A DNA stretch of 64,000 nucleotides from Thermodesulfobacteriota bacterium (GTDB taxonomy: Bacteria > Desulfobacterota_D > UBA1144 > Nemesobacterales > UBA2774): the NCBI GenBank assembly GCA_965216785.1, contig OZ244197.1:1152001-1216000 (forward strand). The letters are read 5' to 3'. The notes under the pieces are model-generated. The model saw only the letters and a program-made list of their open reading frames with translations, did no database searches and was not told where the DNA came from. A program made the position numbers and the translations under genes. Below are positions 48,888 to 59,638 of the stretch, one piece after another (within the stretch, counting starts at the first letter, position 1; each line of letters begins with the position of its first letter).

Positions 48888-50096
48888 ATGAGAACCTCAA
48901 TTATGTATACCGTTATTCTATTATCAAGTTTGTATCTAACTCTTGTTAATATCCCCGCTTACTCATTAGGTGAAGAAAATATAGATACACATGAGACTAC
49001 ATTTAGAATAGAAGGAATGACATGTAAAGTCTGCTCACTTACTATAAAAAAAGCTTTGATTAATCTGAATGGAGTGATAGATGCTGAGGTGCGTTATAAT
49101 GAGAGAATAGCTACTGTACAGTTAGATAAGTCTGAAATTGATCTTGAAGATATATCGAATACTATAGAGACCTTGGGTGACTATAGGGTTACTGTTCTCT
49201 CAAATAGCAAATTTCATACAACTACTATTGATGTTGGCAAGGGACCCGATGCACTATTCCTTACACCGAATGAAAAGATTCTATATGTAGCCAATGTAGA
49301 AGACACTTTTATTTCCGTTATCGATACAAAAGAAGATAAAGTAATAAAAAAGATAGATGTAGCTGACTATCCGTGGGGATTTACAAGATTAGGCAATAAG
49401 AATCTAGTCGCGGTAAGCAGCTGGGATAAGGGGATTGATATTATTGATTTTACCAAACATAAGATAGTTCAAAGCAAACGTTATGAGTTCAACCTTGGAG
49501 GTATTGTTTCAACAAAAGACGGAAAGTATATATTTGTAGTTGCGCCTGATAAAAACAAAACTTTTAAAATTGATGTAGATTCTCTGGAAATTCTCGATGA
49601 GTATAAAACAGGTGATGGCCCGGACGGAATTGGAATTTCAAATGATGATAAAAAGATTTACACAGCTAATACCAAAGATGGAACTATTTCAATCATAAAT
49701 TTAAGCAACAAATCCGGCAAGGTTATCAAGACTGGAGGCAAACCGGAACTTGTTCATGCTAATCATGACCGGACTAAATTGTTTATAAGCAATTTCTACA
49801 AAAACCATGTTCATGTCATAGATACAGAAAGAGATGTAATAGTCAGAGATATAATAGGTTTGGATGGGCCGGAGGAAGCCGTCTTATCAAAATCTGAGAA
49901 AGTACTATATGTTGTCAATTTCAACGGGTCAAAGGTATTTACTTTCGACGCCAATTCATATGAAAAATTAGACGAGGAATATGCCACAGGCAGTAAGCCC
50001 ATAGGTGTTATCTCTGTGTTAGAAGATACAAAACTCTATATAAGCAACTATGGAGATAACACGATTACCGTAATCAAAAAAGATTCAACTAAATAA
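48888..50096 (+). CDS. Exported HMA (MerP-like) domain fused to a YVTN/YncE-type beta-propeller
   Basis: Signal peptide, GMTCKVC, then repeats G.GP...LYVAN...ISVID. Confidence 0.85.
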   Translation: MRTSIMYTVILLSSLYLTLVNIPAYSLGEENIDTHETTFRIEGMTCKVCSLTIKKALINLNGVIDAEVRYNERIATVQLDKSEIDLEDISNTIETLGDYRVTVLSNSKFHTTTIDVGKGPDALFLTPNEKILYVANVEDTFISVIDTKEDKVIKKIDVADYPWGFTRLGNKNLVAVSSWDKGIDIIDFTKHKIVQSKRYEFNLGGIVSTKDGKYIFVVAPDKNKTFKIDVDSLEILDEYKTGDGPDGIGISNDDKKIYTANTKDGTISIINLSNKSGKVIKTGGKPELVHANHDRTKLFISNFYKNHVHVIDTERDVIVRDIIGLDGPEEAVLSKSEKVLYVVNFNGSKVFTFDANSYEKLDEEYATGSKPIGVISVLEDTKLYISNYGDNTITVIKKDSTK

Positions 50097-50119
50097 CAAT
50101 GAGAAAAGAGGTATCCAAG

Positions 50120-50314
50120 ATGCAATTAGAATCAGTAATTAAATGTCCTGAGTGCGGGTTCGAGAAAGAGGAAGCTATGCCTACTGATTCGTGCCAGTTT
50201 TTCTATGAGTGCACTAACTGTAAAGCACTATTAAAACCTAGGCCTGGTGACTGCTGCGTCTTTTGCTCCTATGGCAGTGTAAATTGCCCACCGGTGCAAG
50301 AAGGAAGTTGCTAA
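50120..50314 (+). CDS. GDCCVxC-domain small protein, copy 2
   Basis: 54/64 aa identical to 12282-12476. Confidence 0.9.
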   Translation: MQLESVIKCPECGFEKEEAMPTDSCQFFYECTNCKALLKPRPGDCCVFCSYGSVNCPPVQEGSC

Positions 50315-50381
50315 GGCCAATTTGTATTTTTGTAATCTTCATCTATAATTTCAGTTATCGTTATATTTCTAAGATTGTGAA

Positions 50382-50840
50382 ATGAAAATGAGCATTCAAA
50401 AGTTTGACAATTCAAGTTTCGGAACATTTTGCAGCTTTGCTATTCCATTAATTTTACTGCTGCAGTTATCTTTACCCGGTGTTGCTTTGTGTTTCGGGTC
50501 AGATGGTCATGTTTCGCTTGAGAGTAATGAAATGGGAGTTTGTTGCGATTATCTTTCAGATTCCGATTATAGCCCCTACCTGTTTTCAAAAACTGAAAAT
50601 TATTTAGGTCCGAATCACTGCGGAACTTGTGTTGATGTCCGCATTTCCGATAACAACTCGGAGAATAAAGTTACATCTTCAAACAACTTGACGCCAGAAA
50701 TTGATTTACGTGCTTTAGCGTCATATGTACTTCCATCTTTGTTGTTTCAGGAAAACTCAAACCAAAGATTTATAATTAAGGACATACCAACCAGCGATAC
50801 ATTTCTGGACTCACTCCAGACCACTGTTATTACCTGCTAA
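50382..50840 (+). CDS. Cys-rich exported protein upstream of czcCBA
   Basis: LCFGSDGHV, CC and HCGTCVD motifs, hydrophobic N-terminal segment. Confidence 0.7.
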   Translation: MKMSIQKFDNSSFGTFCSFAIPLILLLQLSLPGVALCFGSDGHVSLESNEMGVCCDYLSDSDYSPYLFSKTENYLGPNHCGTCVDVRISDNNSENKVTSSNNLTPEIDLRALASYVLPSLLFQENSNQRFIIKDIPTSDTFLDSLQTTVITC

Positions 50841-50956
50841 TTATTTCTAAACCCTCTTAGTACATACCCGGCTCAATAATTGAGTCCGGGGATCATTGCG
50901 TATTTCAGTCAGTATAGCTCCGCATATTTTATTTGAACTTACTGAGGAGGACTCAA

Positions 50957-52399
50957 ATGTACGTGAGATTTTTAGGAATATTTTGTTTGCTAATTATTAT
51001 AAGTTTCAGCAGTTTTGCACAAGAAAATGTAAAGATCAAACCCCGGGAATTGGGTAAAGATTTTAAGTCATTTCATTCGGAAAACGAGGATGAGGATAAT
51101 GAAATTACGACTCCTCAGGATTTCGATGAGCCGACAGGCATATTAACACTAAGTCAAACCCTTTCTCTGGCACTCATTAGAAATCCAGAGCTTAGGGCGT
51201 TTTCATGGGAAGTCCGAGCTCGTGAAGCCCAAACCCTACAAGCGGGATTGCCTCCTAACCCTGAAATAAGCTTTGAGCTTGAGGACTTTGGAGGCACTGG
51301 CTCAGTAGAAGGCTTTGATGGAACTGAGACCACAATCCTATTAAGTCAGTTGATTCCCTTGGGAGGAAAGCTCTCAAAGAGGAGAAAGGTAGAAAGCCTA
51401 AATACCGACCTTGCCGAATGGGATTATGAAACTATAAGGCTTAATGTGTTAACTCAGACAGCTCTCAACTATCTGAATGTGCTTGCGGCACAGAATCGGC
51501 TTGCTCTCGAATTGGAATTAGTCAAGTTAGCTGAGAAAGTCCACACCACAGTTTCGGAGCTAGCCCGGGAAGGAGAAATTTCACCGATACAGGAAAAAAG
51601 ATCTCAAGTAGTGCTCTCCCAGACTAAAATAAATTTAGAGCGGTCTAAACGTGAGCTTGAAGCAGCTAAGAAAATACTGTCGTCAAGTTGGGGCGGTAAT
51701 GAACCCCAGTTTGAAGAAGTAACAGGCAATCTCGATTCAATTTTACCCATTCCTACATTCAAAATGTTGACGGAACTGCTAAGCGAAAACCCCGATATAG
51801 CACGATGGGTGACTGAAATGGAACAAAGAGAAGCTGCACTTAAACTTGAGAAGGCTAATGCAATTCCTGATCCATTTATAAGTGGGGGATACAGGCATAT
51901 AAGTGAAAAAGATGACAATGCATTTGTTGTAGGACTATCGATACCAATCCCGATTATAAATCGTAACCAAGGCGCTATTTCGGCAGCCGCCCGCAGATTG
52001 AATAAAGCAGTTGAAGAGCGGCACAATGCAGAAGTCGTTGTCAATGTTGCCTTGGCTAGAGCTTATGAGACTTTATCCGCTTCATATCAGGAAGTGATTT
52101 TATTAAAAGATGATGTATTGCCCCAAGCGGAGAGTGCGTATGAATCAATTTTCGAGGGATACCGGGAAGGGAAGTTTGCATTGCTTGACGTATTAGACGC
52201 TCAGAGAACTGTGTTTGATGCAAGGATTCAATATATTGAGGCACTACTCTCTTATCATAGCTCAAGGGCAAATGTGGAGAGACTTATCGGGACCCCAATA
52301 GAAGAGATTCAGAATTATCAGGGAAACGTTACTGAACTCAGTGAAGATGAAACAAAATATCAAATAGATGAGGAGAAAAGGGAGAGACAAAATGATTAA
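50957..52399 (+). CDS. czcC: CzcC-like outer membrane factor
   Basis: ALIRNPEL, QAGLPPNP, GYREGKFALLDVLDAQR. Confidence 0.88.
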   Translation: MYVRFLGIFCLLIIISFSSFAQENVKIKPRELGKDFKSFHSENEDEDNEITTPQDFDEPTGILTLSQTLSLALIRNPELRAFSWEVRAREAQTLQAGLPPNPEISFELEDFGGTGSVEGFDGTETTILLSQLIPLGGKLSKRRKVESLNTDLAEWDYETIRLNVLTQTALNYLNVLAAQNRLALELELVKLAEKVHTTVSELAREGEISPIQEKRSQVVLSQTKINLERSKRELEAAKKILSSSWGGNEPQFEEVTGNLDSILPIPTFKMLTELLSENPDIARWVTEMEQREAALKLEKANAIPDPFISGGYRHISEKDDNAFVVGLSIPIPIINRNQGAISAAARRLNKAVEERHNAEVVVNVALARAYETLSASYQEVILLKDDVLPQAESAYESIFEGYREGKFALLDVLDAQRTVFDARIQYIEALLSYHSSRANVERLIGTPIEEIQNYQGNVTELSEDETKYQIDEEKRERQND

Positions 52400-53615
52400 G
52401 AAATGGATATTTGTGATTAGTTTAATTTCGGTAATTTTTGCGTCAGCCTTTGTTATTAGTTGCGGCGGGCCTGATTCCGACAAAATGCAGGCTGACGAAA
52501 ATGGGCCTGAAGATCAGGCAGATGAGCATTCAGAATTAGAAAATCATATAAAACTCTCTCCCGAGGCTCTCGAAACATTGAATCTCAAGACCGCTCAGGT
52601 CAAGCTACACAAGCTCGGTGGTGGAATTACAAGTACTGCTGTAATAGAACCCGATCATACAAAAATTGCTCATGTAAGCCCGCGCATTTCGGGCAGAGCA
52701 ATAGATATCAAAGCCCATTTGGGGGACGACGTTAAGAAAGATCAGATTCTGGCTGAGCTTGATAGTATAGAACTTGGTCAGGCAAAGGCGAATTATCTTA
52801 AAGCTAAGGCCAATCTTCAGGTCGCCCGCGCAAATTATAGTAGAGAGGATCGGCTATTTAAAAAAAAGATATCATCCGAAAAAGAATATCTTGATACAAA
52901 AGGAGAGTTTCTTCGCTCTCAAGCAGAAATTAATGTTGCACGAGAGACCCTTAAGCTATTGGGTCTGACAGACGAGGAAATTCAAAAGCTAACATGGGGA
53001 GGAGCAGAGCATCCACCTTCTCATTTTCCTTTAGTGGCGCCTTTCACAGGCACAGTGGTCGAGCAGCATATGGTATTAGGGGAGTTCATTAAACCGGAAG
53101 ATAATCCTTATACAATTGCGGACCTCACTCAACTCTGGATTCAGGTCGATATATATGAGAAAGACCTGGCCTGGCTGAATACAGGCAAGGATGTGACTTT
53201 GATAGTTGATTCTTATCCGGATGCTCGCTTCAAAGGAACTGTCACATATATAAGCGACATCCTCGATGAATCTACCCGGACTGCAAAAGCAAGGGTCGAA
53301 CTCAATAACACTGATCGTAAACTGAAGCCGGGCATGTTCGCTACTGCCATTATTTCAACGCCATCTGTAATTACGAAAGAGGTAATTGTAATGCCCATTT
53401 CAGCAATTCAAGAAATACATGGAAAAACTTCTGCATTCCTAGTGGAAAATGAAAACAATTTTGAATTAAGAGAAGTTGAACTGGGTACGGAATCGGGAGA
53501 GTTTGTAGAAGTTTTAAGTGGACTCAACTCCGGAGATAGAGTCGTTACGGAAGGCGGCTTCTATCTGAAATCTGTCCTACTCAAAGAAGAAATAGGAGAA
53601 GGTGATGATGACTGA
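52392..53615 (+). CDS. czcB: CzcB-like periplasmic adaptor (lipoprotein-like)
   Basis: VSPRISG, APFTGTVVE, TRTAKARV.L.N...KLKPGMF. Confidence 0.9.
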   Translation: MIKKWIFVISLISVIFASAFVISCGGPDSDKMQADENGPEDQADEHSELENHIKLSPEALETLNLKTAQVKLHKLGGGITSTAVIEPDHTKIAHVSPRISGRAIDIKAHLGDDVKKDQILAELDSIELGQAKANYLKAKANLQVARANYSREDRLFKKKISSEKEYLDTKGEFLRSQAEINVARETLKLLGLTDEEIQKLTWGGAEHPPSHFPLVAPFTGTVVEQHMVLGEFIKPEDNPYTIADLTQLWIQVDIYEKDLAWLNTGKDVTLIVDSYPDARFKGTVTYISDILDESTRTAKARVELNNTDRKLKPGMFATAIISTPSVITKEVIVMPISAIQEIHGKTSAFLVENENNFELREVELGTESGEFVEVLSGLNSGDRVVTEGGFYLKSVLLKEEIGEGDDD

Positions 53616-53633
53616 TAATAAGGAGAAGATAAA

Positions 53634-56600
53634 TTGCTAAACCGAATACTGGAATTTTCACTCGCTAACAGATTTCTTATCATAATTATTGCGCTAGTTG
53701 TTGTGGGGATTGGAATACGCTCGATGTTGAAGCTTCCTATAGATGCAGTGCCTGATGTTACACCTAATCAAGTACAGATTCTGACTAATTCCCCTGGATT
53801 AGGTCCTGTTGAAGTGGAACGCTTCATTACTTTTCCTGTAGAGACAGCTATGTCGGGATTACCTGGTATTGAAGGTATACGCTCGGTCTCACGATTCGGT
53901 CTTTCTGCTGTGACAGTAACTTTCAAAGAAGATGTTGATATCTACTTTGCCAGGCGCCTTGTTATGGAGCGTCTTCCGCAAGCCCGTGAAATGATTCCCG
54001 AAGGATTCGGTACTCCTGAGATGGGTCCCATATCTACAGGACTTGGCGAGATATATCAGTTTGAGGTCAAGGGCGAAGGTTATTCTCTAATGGAGCTTCG
54101 TTCTATCCTTGAATGGGATATCGCATTTAAATTAAAGTCCGTTCCAGGAATTGTTGAAGTCAATACTTATGGAGGAGAGCTTAAAACTTATGAGGTTCAA
54201 CTTATTGCCGACAAACTTGTGTCTTATGATCTATCCATTGACGAGGTGTTTCAGGCACTTGGGACTAACAACTCCAACTCGGGTGGAGCATACATAGAGC
54301 GTAACCAGGAACAGTATTTAATAAGAGGTGAGGGCTTAGTCCGTGGATTAGAAGATATAGGCAATATCGTTGTTGTCACACGCGATGAAGGCACGCCTAT
54401 TTTTATCCGAGACGTCGCTGAAGTTACTTTTGCCCCAATGGTGAGACAAGGTGCTGTAACTCGAGATGGTGAAGGCGAAGCAGTCACAGGGGTTGTAATG
54501 ATGCTTATAGGGGAGAACTCCAGGACTGTTGTAAACCGTGTAAAGGAAAAGATCGAAGATATCAAAGTATCGCTACCTCCGGGTGTGACAATAGACGCCT
54601 ACTATGACCGCACCGAGCTTGTGCGAAAGACCATAAAAACAGTAACTAAAAACCTTGGTGAAGGAGCGCTGCTCGTCATTATCATTCTTTTTCTCATCCT
54701 CGGAAACTTTAGAGCAGGACTCATTGTCGCAGCCGCGATCCCACTCTCGATGCTTGTAGCCTTTATTGGCATGAAGCAATTCCGTATTTCTGGAAATCTC
54801 ATGAGTCTTGGCGCAATTGATTTCGGTCTTATCGTAGACGGTTCAGTTGTAATGATCGAAAACATAGTACGGCATTTATCTCTTAAGCCGGGGGGTGGCA
54901 CAGCAAAAGAGTCCTCCGAGAATGAATCCTCTGGCAAAACCAATATCATTGAAGTGATTCTAAAAGCAGGTAGGGAAGTGCTTCGTCCAATAGTCTTTGC
55001 CGTCGGCATTATCATAATTGTTTACATTCCGATTCTTGCCCTTGAGGGTGTTGAGGGGAAAATGTTCAAGCCTATGGCACTTACTGTCATCTTTGCACTC
55101 ATAGGCTCACTCGTCCTCTCCTTTACGCTCATGCCTGTTCTTGCGTCATATTTCCTTAAAAAGACTACTCACGATAAAGAAACTTTCATTATCAGAAAGG
55201 TAAAACAGTATTATTTGCCACTTGTCCAAAAGACAATAAGGCGGCCTAAAATTACTGCGACTGCCGCAGGAATAATTTTTCTCCTGAGTCTTATATTTGT
55301 TCCCTTTATGGGTGCTGAGTTCATACCCAGGCTTGATGAAGGTTCAATCGCACTCCAGGCATGGAGGCTTCCGAGCGTATCGCTTGAAGAGTCTGTTAGA
55401 AACTCAAGTATGATCGAAAAAATCCTTAAAAAATATCCTGAAGTTATAACTGTAGTTTCACGAACAGGAAGAGCTGAAATTGCTACAGATCCTATGGGGG
55501 TTGAGATAAGTGACATTTACGTAATCTTGAAGCCTACCTCCGAGTGGGAATCAGCAGAAACCAAAGATGAACTGGTTGAAAAAATGAATGCCTCTCTTAC
55601 GGAGTCACTTCCCGGAACCATGTTCAGCTACTCCCAACCTATTGAGCTCCGGGTGCAGGAGCTAATTGCAGGAGTGCGCTCGGATGTCGCAATAAGTATT
55701 TACGGGGATGATCTTGAAACACTAGAGGAGCTCGGCGGAAGGGTTGTGAATGTTATCTCTCAGGTTTCTGGGTCAGCAGATACAAAAGCTGAGCAGGTGG
55801 CGGGATTACCCTACTTAAGAGTAATTGTAGACAGGGACGCAATTGCTCGTTATGGAATAAATGCGAGCCAGGTACTCGACACAGTAGAGGCAATAGGAGG
55901 CAAACAAGCAGGGCAGGTGCTCGAAGGACAGAAGCGCTTTTTCATACAGGTACGATTTTCACCCGAGGACAGAGAAAGCTTTGAAAATATAAAAAACATT
56001 CGGGTATCTAATCAAAATGGACAACTTATTCCCTTAAACCAGCTTGCCGATATTCGGGTAGAAGAAGGTCCTGCACAGATAAGCAGGGAGAACATACACA
56101 GACGCCTTTCTGTGGAAACAAATGTTAGAGGGCGTGATCTTGCAAGCTTTGTTGGAGACGCACAAAAGGCTATTGATGATCAAATTGAGCTTCCTGCCGG
56201 TTATTGGATTGAGTGGGGAGGACAATTTGAAAATCTAGAGCGTGCAAGCTCAACTCTGGCAATTGTAGTCCCTATGGCGCTATTGTTGATATTCGTTCTG
56301 CTCTTTATAACATTTGGCTCTGTACGTCCGGCTCTCATGATTTATCTAAACATTCCATTAGCTGCAACGGGTGGAATAATTGCACTGTTCCTGCGAGGAA
56401 TGCCCTTTAGTATCTCTGCAGGAATAGGTTTTATTGCCCTTTTTGGTATTGCGGTCTTAAACGGAGTTGTTCTCATGTCTTACATAATTCAGAAGAGAAA
56501 GGAAGGAAAAGGCCCCACTGAGGCTGCTAGGGAAGGAGCTGAAATACGTCTCCGTCCTGTGCTCATGACTGCACTAGTCGCAAGCTTTGGTTTTATACCG

Positions 56601-56753
56601 ATGGCACTATCTTCAAGTGCCGGTGCAGAGGTGCAAAGACCTCTTGCTACAGTCGTGATCGGGGGTCTTGTTACATCGACTCTGTTAACTCTGCTGGTAC
56701 TTCCAGCAATATACAGCTGGCTCGGAAAAGAAAAAGCTGAAGTAGAAATTTAA
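53634..56753 (+). CDS. czcA: CzcA-type divalent-metal RND transporter
   Basis: IDAVPDVT..QVQI, MGPISTGLGEI, AIDFGLIVDGSVVMIEN, GAEVQRPLA. Confidence 0.95.
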   Translation: MLNRILEFSLANRFLIIIIALVVVGIGIRSMLKLPIDAVPDVTPNQVQILTNSPGLGPVEVERFITFPVETAMSGLPGIEGIRSVSRFGLSAVTVTFKEDVDIYFARRLVMERLPQAREMIPEGFGTPEMGPISTGLGEIYQFEVKGEGYSLMELRSILEWDIAFKLKSVPGIVEVNTYGGELKTYEVQLIADKLVSYDLSIDEVFQALGTNNSNSGGAYIERNQEQYLIRGEGLVRGLEDIGNIVVVTRDEGTPIFIRDVAEVTFAPMVRQGAVTRDGEGEAVTGVVMMLIGENSRTVVNRVKEKIEDIKVSLPPGVTIDAYYDRTELVRKTIKTVTKNLGEGALLVIIILFLILGNFRAGLIVAAAIPLSMLVAFIGMKQFRISGNLMSLGAIDFGLIVDGSVVMIENIVRHLSLKPGGGTAKESSENESSGKTNIIEVILKAGREVLRPIVFAVGIIIIVYIPILALEGVEGKMFKPMALTVIFALIGSLVLSFTLMPVLASYFLKKTTHDKETFIIRKVKQYYLPLVQKTIRRPKITATAAGIIFLLSLIFVPFMGAEFIPRLDEGSIALQAWRLPSVSLEESVRNSSMIEKILKKYPEVITVVSRTGRAEIATDPMGVEISDIYVILKPTSEWESAETKDELVEKMNASLTESLPGTMFSYSQPIELRVQELIAGVRSDVAISIYGDDLETLEELGGRVVNVISQVSGSADTKAEQVAGLPYLRVIVDRDAIARYGINASQVLDTVEAIGGKQAGQVLEGQKRFFIQVRFSPEDRESFENIKNIRVSNQNGQLIPLNQLADIRVEEGPAQISRENIHRRLSVETNVRGRDLASFVGDAQKAIDDQIELPAGYWIEWGGQFENLERASSTLAIVVPMALLLIFVLLFITFGSVRPALMIYLNIPLAATGGIIALFLRGMPFSISAGIGFIALFGIAVLNGVVLMSYIIQKRKEGKGPTEAAREGAEIRLRPVLMTALVASFGFIPMALSSSAGAEVQRPLATVVIGGLVTSTLLTLLVLPAIYSWLGKEKAEVEI

Positions 56754-56770
56754 TAAATGGAGGTTCAACC

Positions 56771-57112
56771 ATGAAAGAGATAAAAGCTATTATACAGCCG
56801 TTTATGTTCTCGAAAGTTATAGACGCGTTGAAAGAAAGGGATGATCTGCCGGGTGTGACTGTTTCAGAGATAAAAGGTTTTGGTAAGGCGCGGGCGGAAA
56901 CAGCGAAAGATAAAATTATCGAAGACTCGATAGGTTATGTGAAAAAAATCAAATTGGAAATCGTTGTTCCGGATAAGATCGCCGATGAAGTCGTAAATAT
57001 AATTTCCACAAATGCTCATACTGGACGTCCAGGCGATGGAAAGATCTTTGTGTACACGGTTGATGAAGTAATGAAAATTCGTACCGGAGAAACAGGAGAG
57101 AGTGCGATTTAG
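56771..57112 (+). CDS. P-II family protein
   Basis: MKEIKAIIQP...GFGK...HTGRPGDGKIFV. Confidence 0.92.
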   Translation: MKEIKAIIQPFMFSKVIDALKERDDLPGVTVSEIKGFGKARAETAKDKIIEDSIGYVKKIKLEIVVPDKIADEVVNIISTNAHTGRPGDGKIFVYTVDEVMKIRTGETGESAI

Positions 57113-57171
57113 TAAATACAACATGATTATGACAAAAAGAGCTTAAATAACAAAAAAGAGAGGTAATTCAA

Positions 57172-57609
57172 ATGAAAAGTTTACTTTATTTGCCGGTAGT
57201 TTTGCTATTGTTTCTCAGTGTTTCATTTGCTCAAAATACTCTAAGAACCCAAAACAATATTGAGAGGGTATTAACGCCTTTAATGAGTAAGGTACTAAAT
57301 CAGCTGATTATTAAGGCTAATACACTTGACCTAACTGAAGATCAAAGAGAAGGACTTGATATGGTTCAAGAAAAATATGTTTTCCCGTTGGCAAAAAAAG
57401 AAGCGGAACATAATATCTCTCGTATGACCGTTATTAACATTATTCAAGAGCCTGATTTTGATCCTGCTGAGGCTAAAAAAGCTTCAGAAAAATTAAAGCA
57501 AACAGCTCTTGAGATGTCCGATATGCTTATTGACGGACTTGTTGAAATAAGAACCGTTATCGGCATAGAAAATTACACAATTATTACTTCTAGGGTGAAG
57601 ATACAATAA
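57172..57609 (+). CDS. Periplasmic Spy/CpxP-like protein, paralogue of 28470-29003
   Basis: LDLTEDQR..., Y.FP, EPDFDP..AK, IR..IG.ENY. Confidence 0.65.
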   Translation: MKSLLYLPVVLLLFLSVSFAQNTLRTQNNIERVLTPLMSKVLNQLIIKANTLDLTEDQREGLDMVQEKYVFPLAKKEAEHNISRMTVINIIQEPDFDPAEAKKASEKLKQTALEMSDMLIDGLVEIRTVIGIENYTIITSRVKIQ

Positions 57610-57683
57610 AGGGGAGTGCTAATATTAGTGATTTTTCAACTAAAAGTTGCTTGATAAAAGTGAATCTAATACAGAGGAAGAAA

Positions 57684-59591
57684 ATGAGTAATAGAGATCA
57701 TGATGAAATTTTTGAAGGGAAATGGTATATGCATCCTCCACTTAGGAACGCTTTGATCGCAGGCGTGATAACTGGAATTACATTTCTGCTGTCTCACATT
57801 GACAGAGTTATTCCACCGTCATTTGAAATCACAGTCTACATTATTGCCATTATCTTGGGTGGATACCATTGGGCAAAGGAAGGATTAGAAGAATTAATTA
57901 AAGAACATGAAATCGGGATTGAAATTCTTATGCTAGCTGCAACAGCGGGATCGGCAATACTCGGGATGTGGGATGAGGCTGCATTTTTGGTATTTCTCTA
58001 CGGTGCTGCGGAAGGGATTGAGGAATACACCTATGCGAGAACAAGGAGCTCTATAAGGAAGCTTCTTGATCTTGCCCCAAAAGAAGCCACGATTCTCAGA
58101 AACGGAAATGAAACTACCGTAAGAGCAGAAGATTTAACGGTAGGGGATATCTTTATTGTCCGCCCGGGTGAGTCCGTTCCGACAGACGGCGTCATTGAGA
58201 AAGGACGGTCGAGCATAAATGAGGCTCCCGTGACTGGAGAATCTATACCAGTCGAAAAGAAAGAGGGCATGAAGGTGTTTGCCGGTACGATCAATCAAGA
58301 GGGTGCTCTTGAAATTAAGACTACAGCGGCTTTTAAGGATAATACTCTTTCAAAAATGATCCATCTTGTTGAGGAAGCACAGGAAAAGAAAGGCAAAGCG
58401 CAATTATTTATCGAAAAATTTGGGAATAGATACACCCCTCTGGTTCTATTGGCTTCATTATTACTATTTGTGATTCCTATTCTACTCGGATGGGACGTTT
58501 CCAAATGGGCTGTACGTGCTGTTGTGTTATTGGTAGCAGCAGCTCCATGTGCACTGGTTATGTCGACTCCAATTGCTATTGCTGCAGGGATTGGGGTAGC
58601 TGGAAGAAACGGAGTACTTATCAAAGGGGGAATGTGTCTGGAAGACCTCGGAAAGATCAAGACGGTGGCTTTTGATAAAACAGGAACCCTGACAAAAGGC
58701 GAACCCGTTGTTACAGATGTAATAGCTCTTAATGGTGATGAAAATAGTGTGTTAGAAACAGCTTACAGTTTAGAAAGACTGTCTGAGCATCCTTTAGCGC
58801 AGGCAATAGTTAAGAAGGCTAAGGATCTCAATCAAAATTGTTGTGACGTTACTAACTTCGAGTCACTTACAGGTTCAGGTGTTAAAGCTGTTCTTGATGG
58901 TGAAACAACCTATATAGGCAAACCTGAGCTATTTAAGGAACTAGGTTTTAACTTTGAAAAAATAAGAAGTAATATCGAAAAACTAACTCAAGAGGGGAAA
59001 ACAGTCATTCTGGTCGGATCATCAGAGAAAATTGAGGGGATCATCGCTCTCAGAGATGACATAAGGGCTGAGTCGAAGGAGATTATTGGTGATCTACACA
59101 GTATGGGTATCAAGGTAATAATGCTTACAGGAGATAATGAAAATACCGCCCGCGCTATCTCTGAAGAAATTGGTATCGATGATTATAAAGCCGACCTCAA
59201 GCCAGAAGACAAAATTAAAGAAATTGAAAAATTAGAACGTGAATACGGGGCTGTTGCAATGATCGGAGACGGAGTCAACGATGCACCTGCTTTAGCACGC
59301 GCTACTGTAGGCATTGCTATGGGAACTGCGGGGACTGATGCGGCTATCGAAGCAGCTGACGTAGCATTGATGGCAGATGATATAAAGAAAGTTTCATATG
59401 CTATACAACTCGGTAAGAGAGCAAAAAAGATAGGTTTTCAGAACATTGTTTTTTCATTGCTGATCCTCATAGTTCTTATTCCTTCTGCTCTCATAGGGAT
59501 AATGACAGTTGCAATAGCAGTCTTATTCCACGAAGTCTCTGAACTACTGGCTGTTGCAAATGGGTTACGTGTAGCAGCAGGACGACAGTGA
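57684..59591 (+). CDS. Heavy-metal P1B ATPase (APC motif, P1B-4-like Zn/Co/Cd)
   Basis: TM4 AAAPCAL, DKTGT, SEHP, TM6 HEVSE. No N-terminal metal-binding domain. Confidence 0.92.
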   Translation: MSNRDHDEIFEGKWYMHPPLRNALIAGVITGITFLLSHIDRVIPPSFEITVYIIAIILGGYHWAKEGLEELIKEHEIGIEILMLAATAGSAILGMWDEAAFLVFLYGAAEGIEEYTYARTRSSIRKLLDLAPKEATILRNGNETTVRAEDLTVGDIFIVRPGESVPTDGVIEKGRSSINEAPVTGESIPVEKKEGMKVFAGTINQEGALEIKTTAAFKDNTLSKMIHLVEEAQEKKGKAQLFIEKFGNRYTPLVLLASLLLFVIPILLGWDVSKWAVRAVVLLVAAAPCALVMSTPIAIAAGIGVAGRNGVLIKGGMCLEDLGKIKTVAFDKTGTLTKGEPVVTDVIALNGDENSVLETAYSLERLSEHPLAQAIVKKAKDLNQNCCDVTNFESLTGSGVKAVLDGETTYIGKPELFKELGFNFEKIRSNIEKLTQEGKTVILVGSSEKIEGIIALRDDIRAESKEIIGDLHSMGIKVIMLTGDNENTARAISEEIGIDDYKADLKPEDKIKEIEKLEREYGAVAMIGDGVNDAPALARATVGIAMGTAGTDAAIEAADVALMADDIKKVSYAIQLGKRAKKIGFQNIVFSLLILIVLIPSALIGIMTVAIAVLFHEVSELLAVANGLRVAAGRQ

Positions 59592-59638
59592 TTACGATTA
59601 TATGTTTATATCGACCAACATGATAGGAGGTTCAAGAT

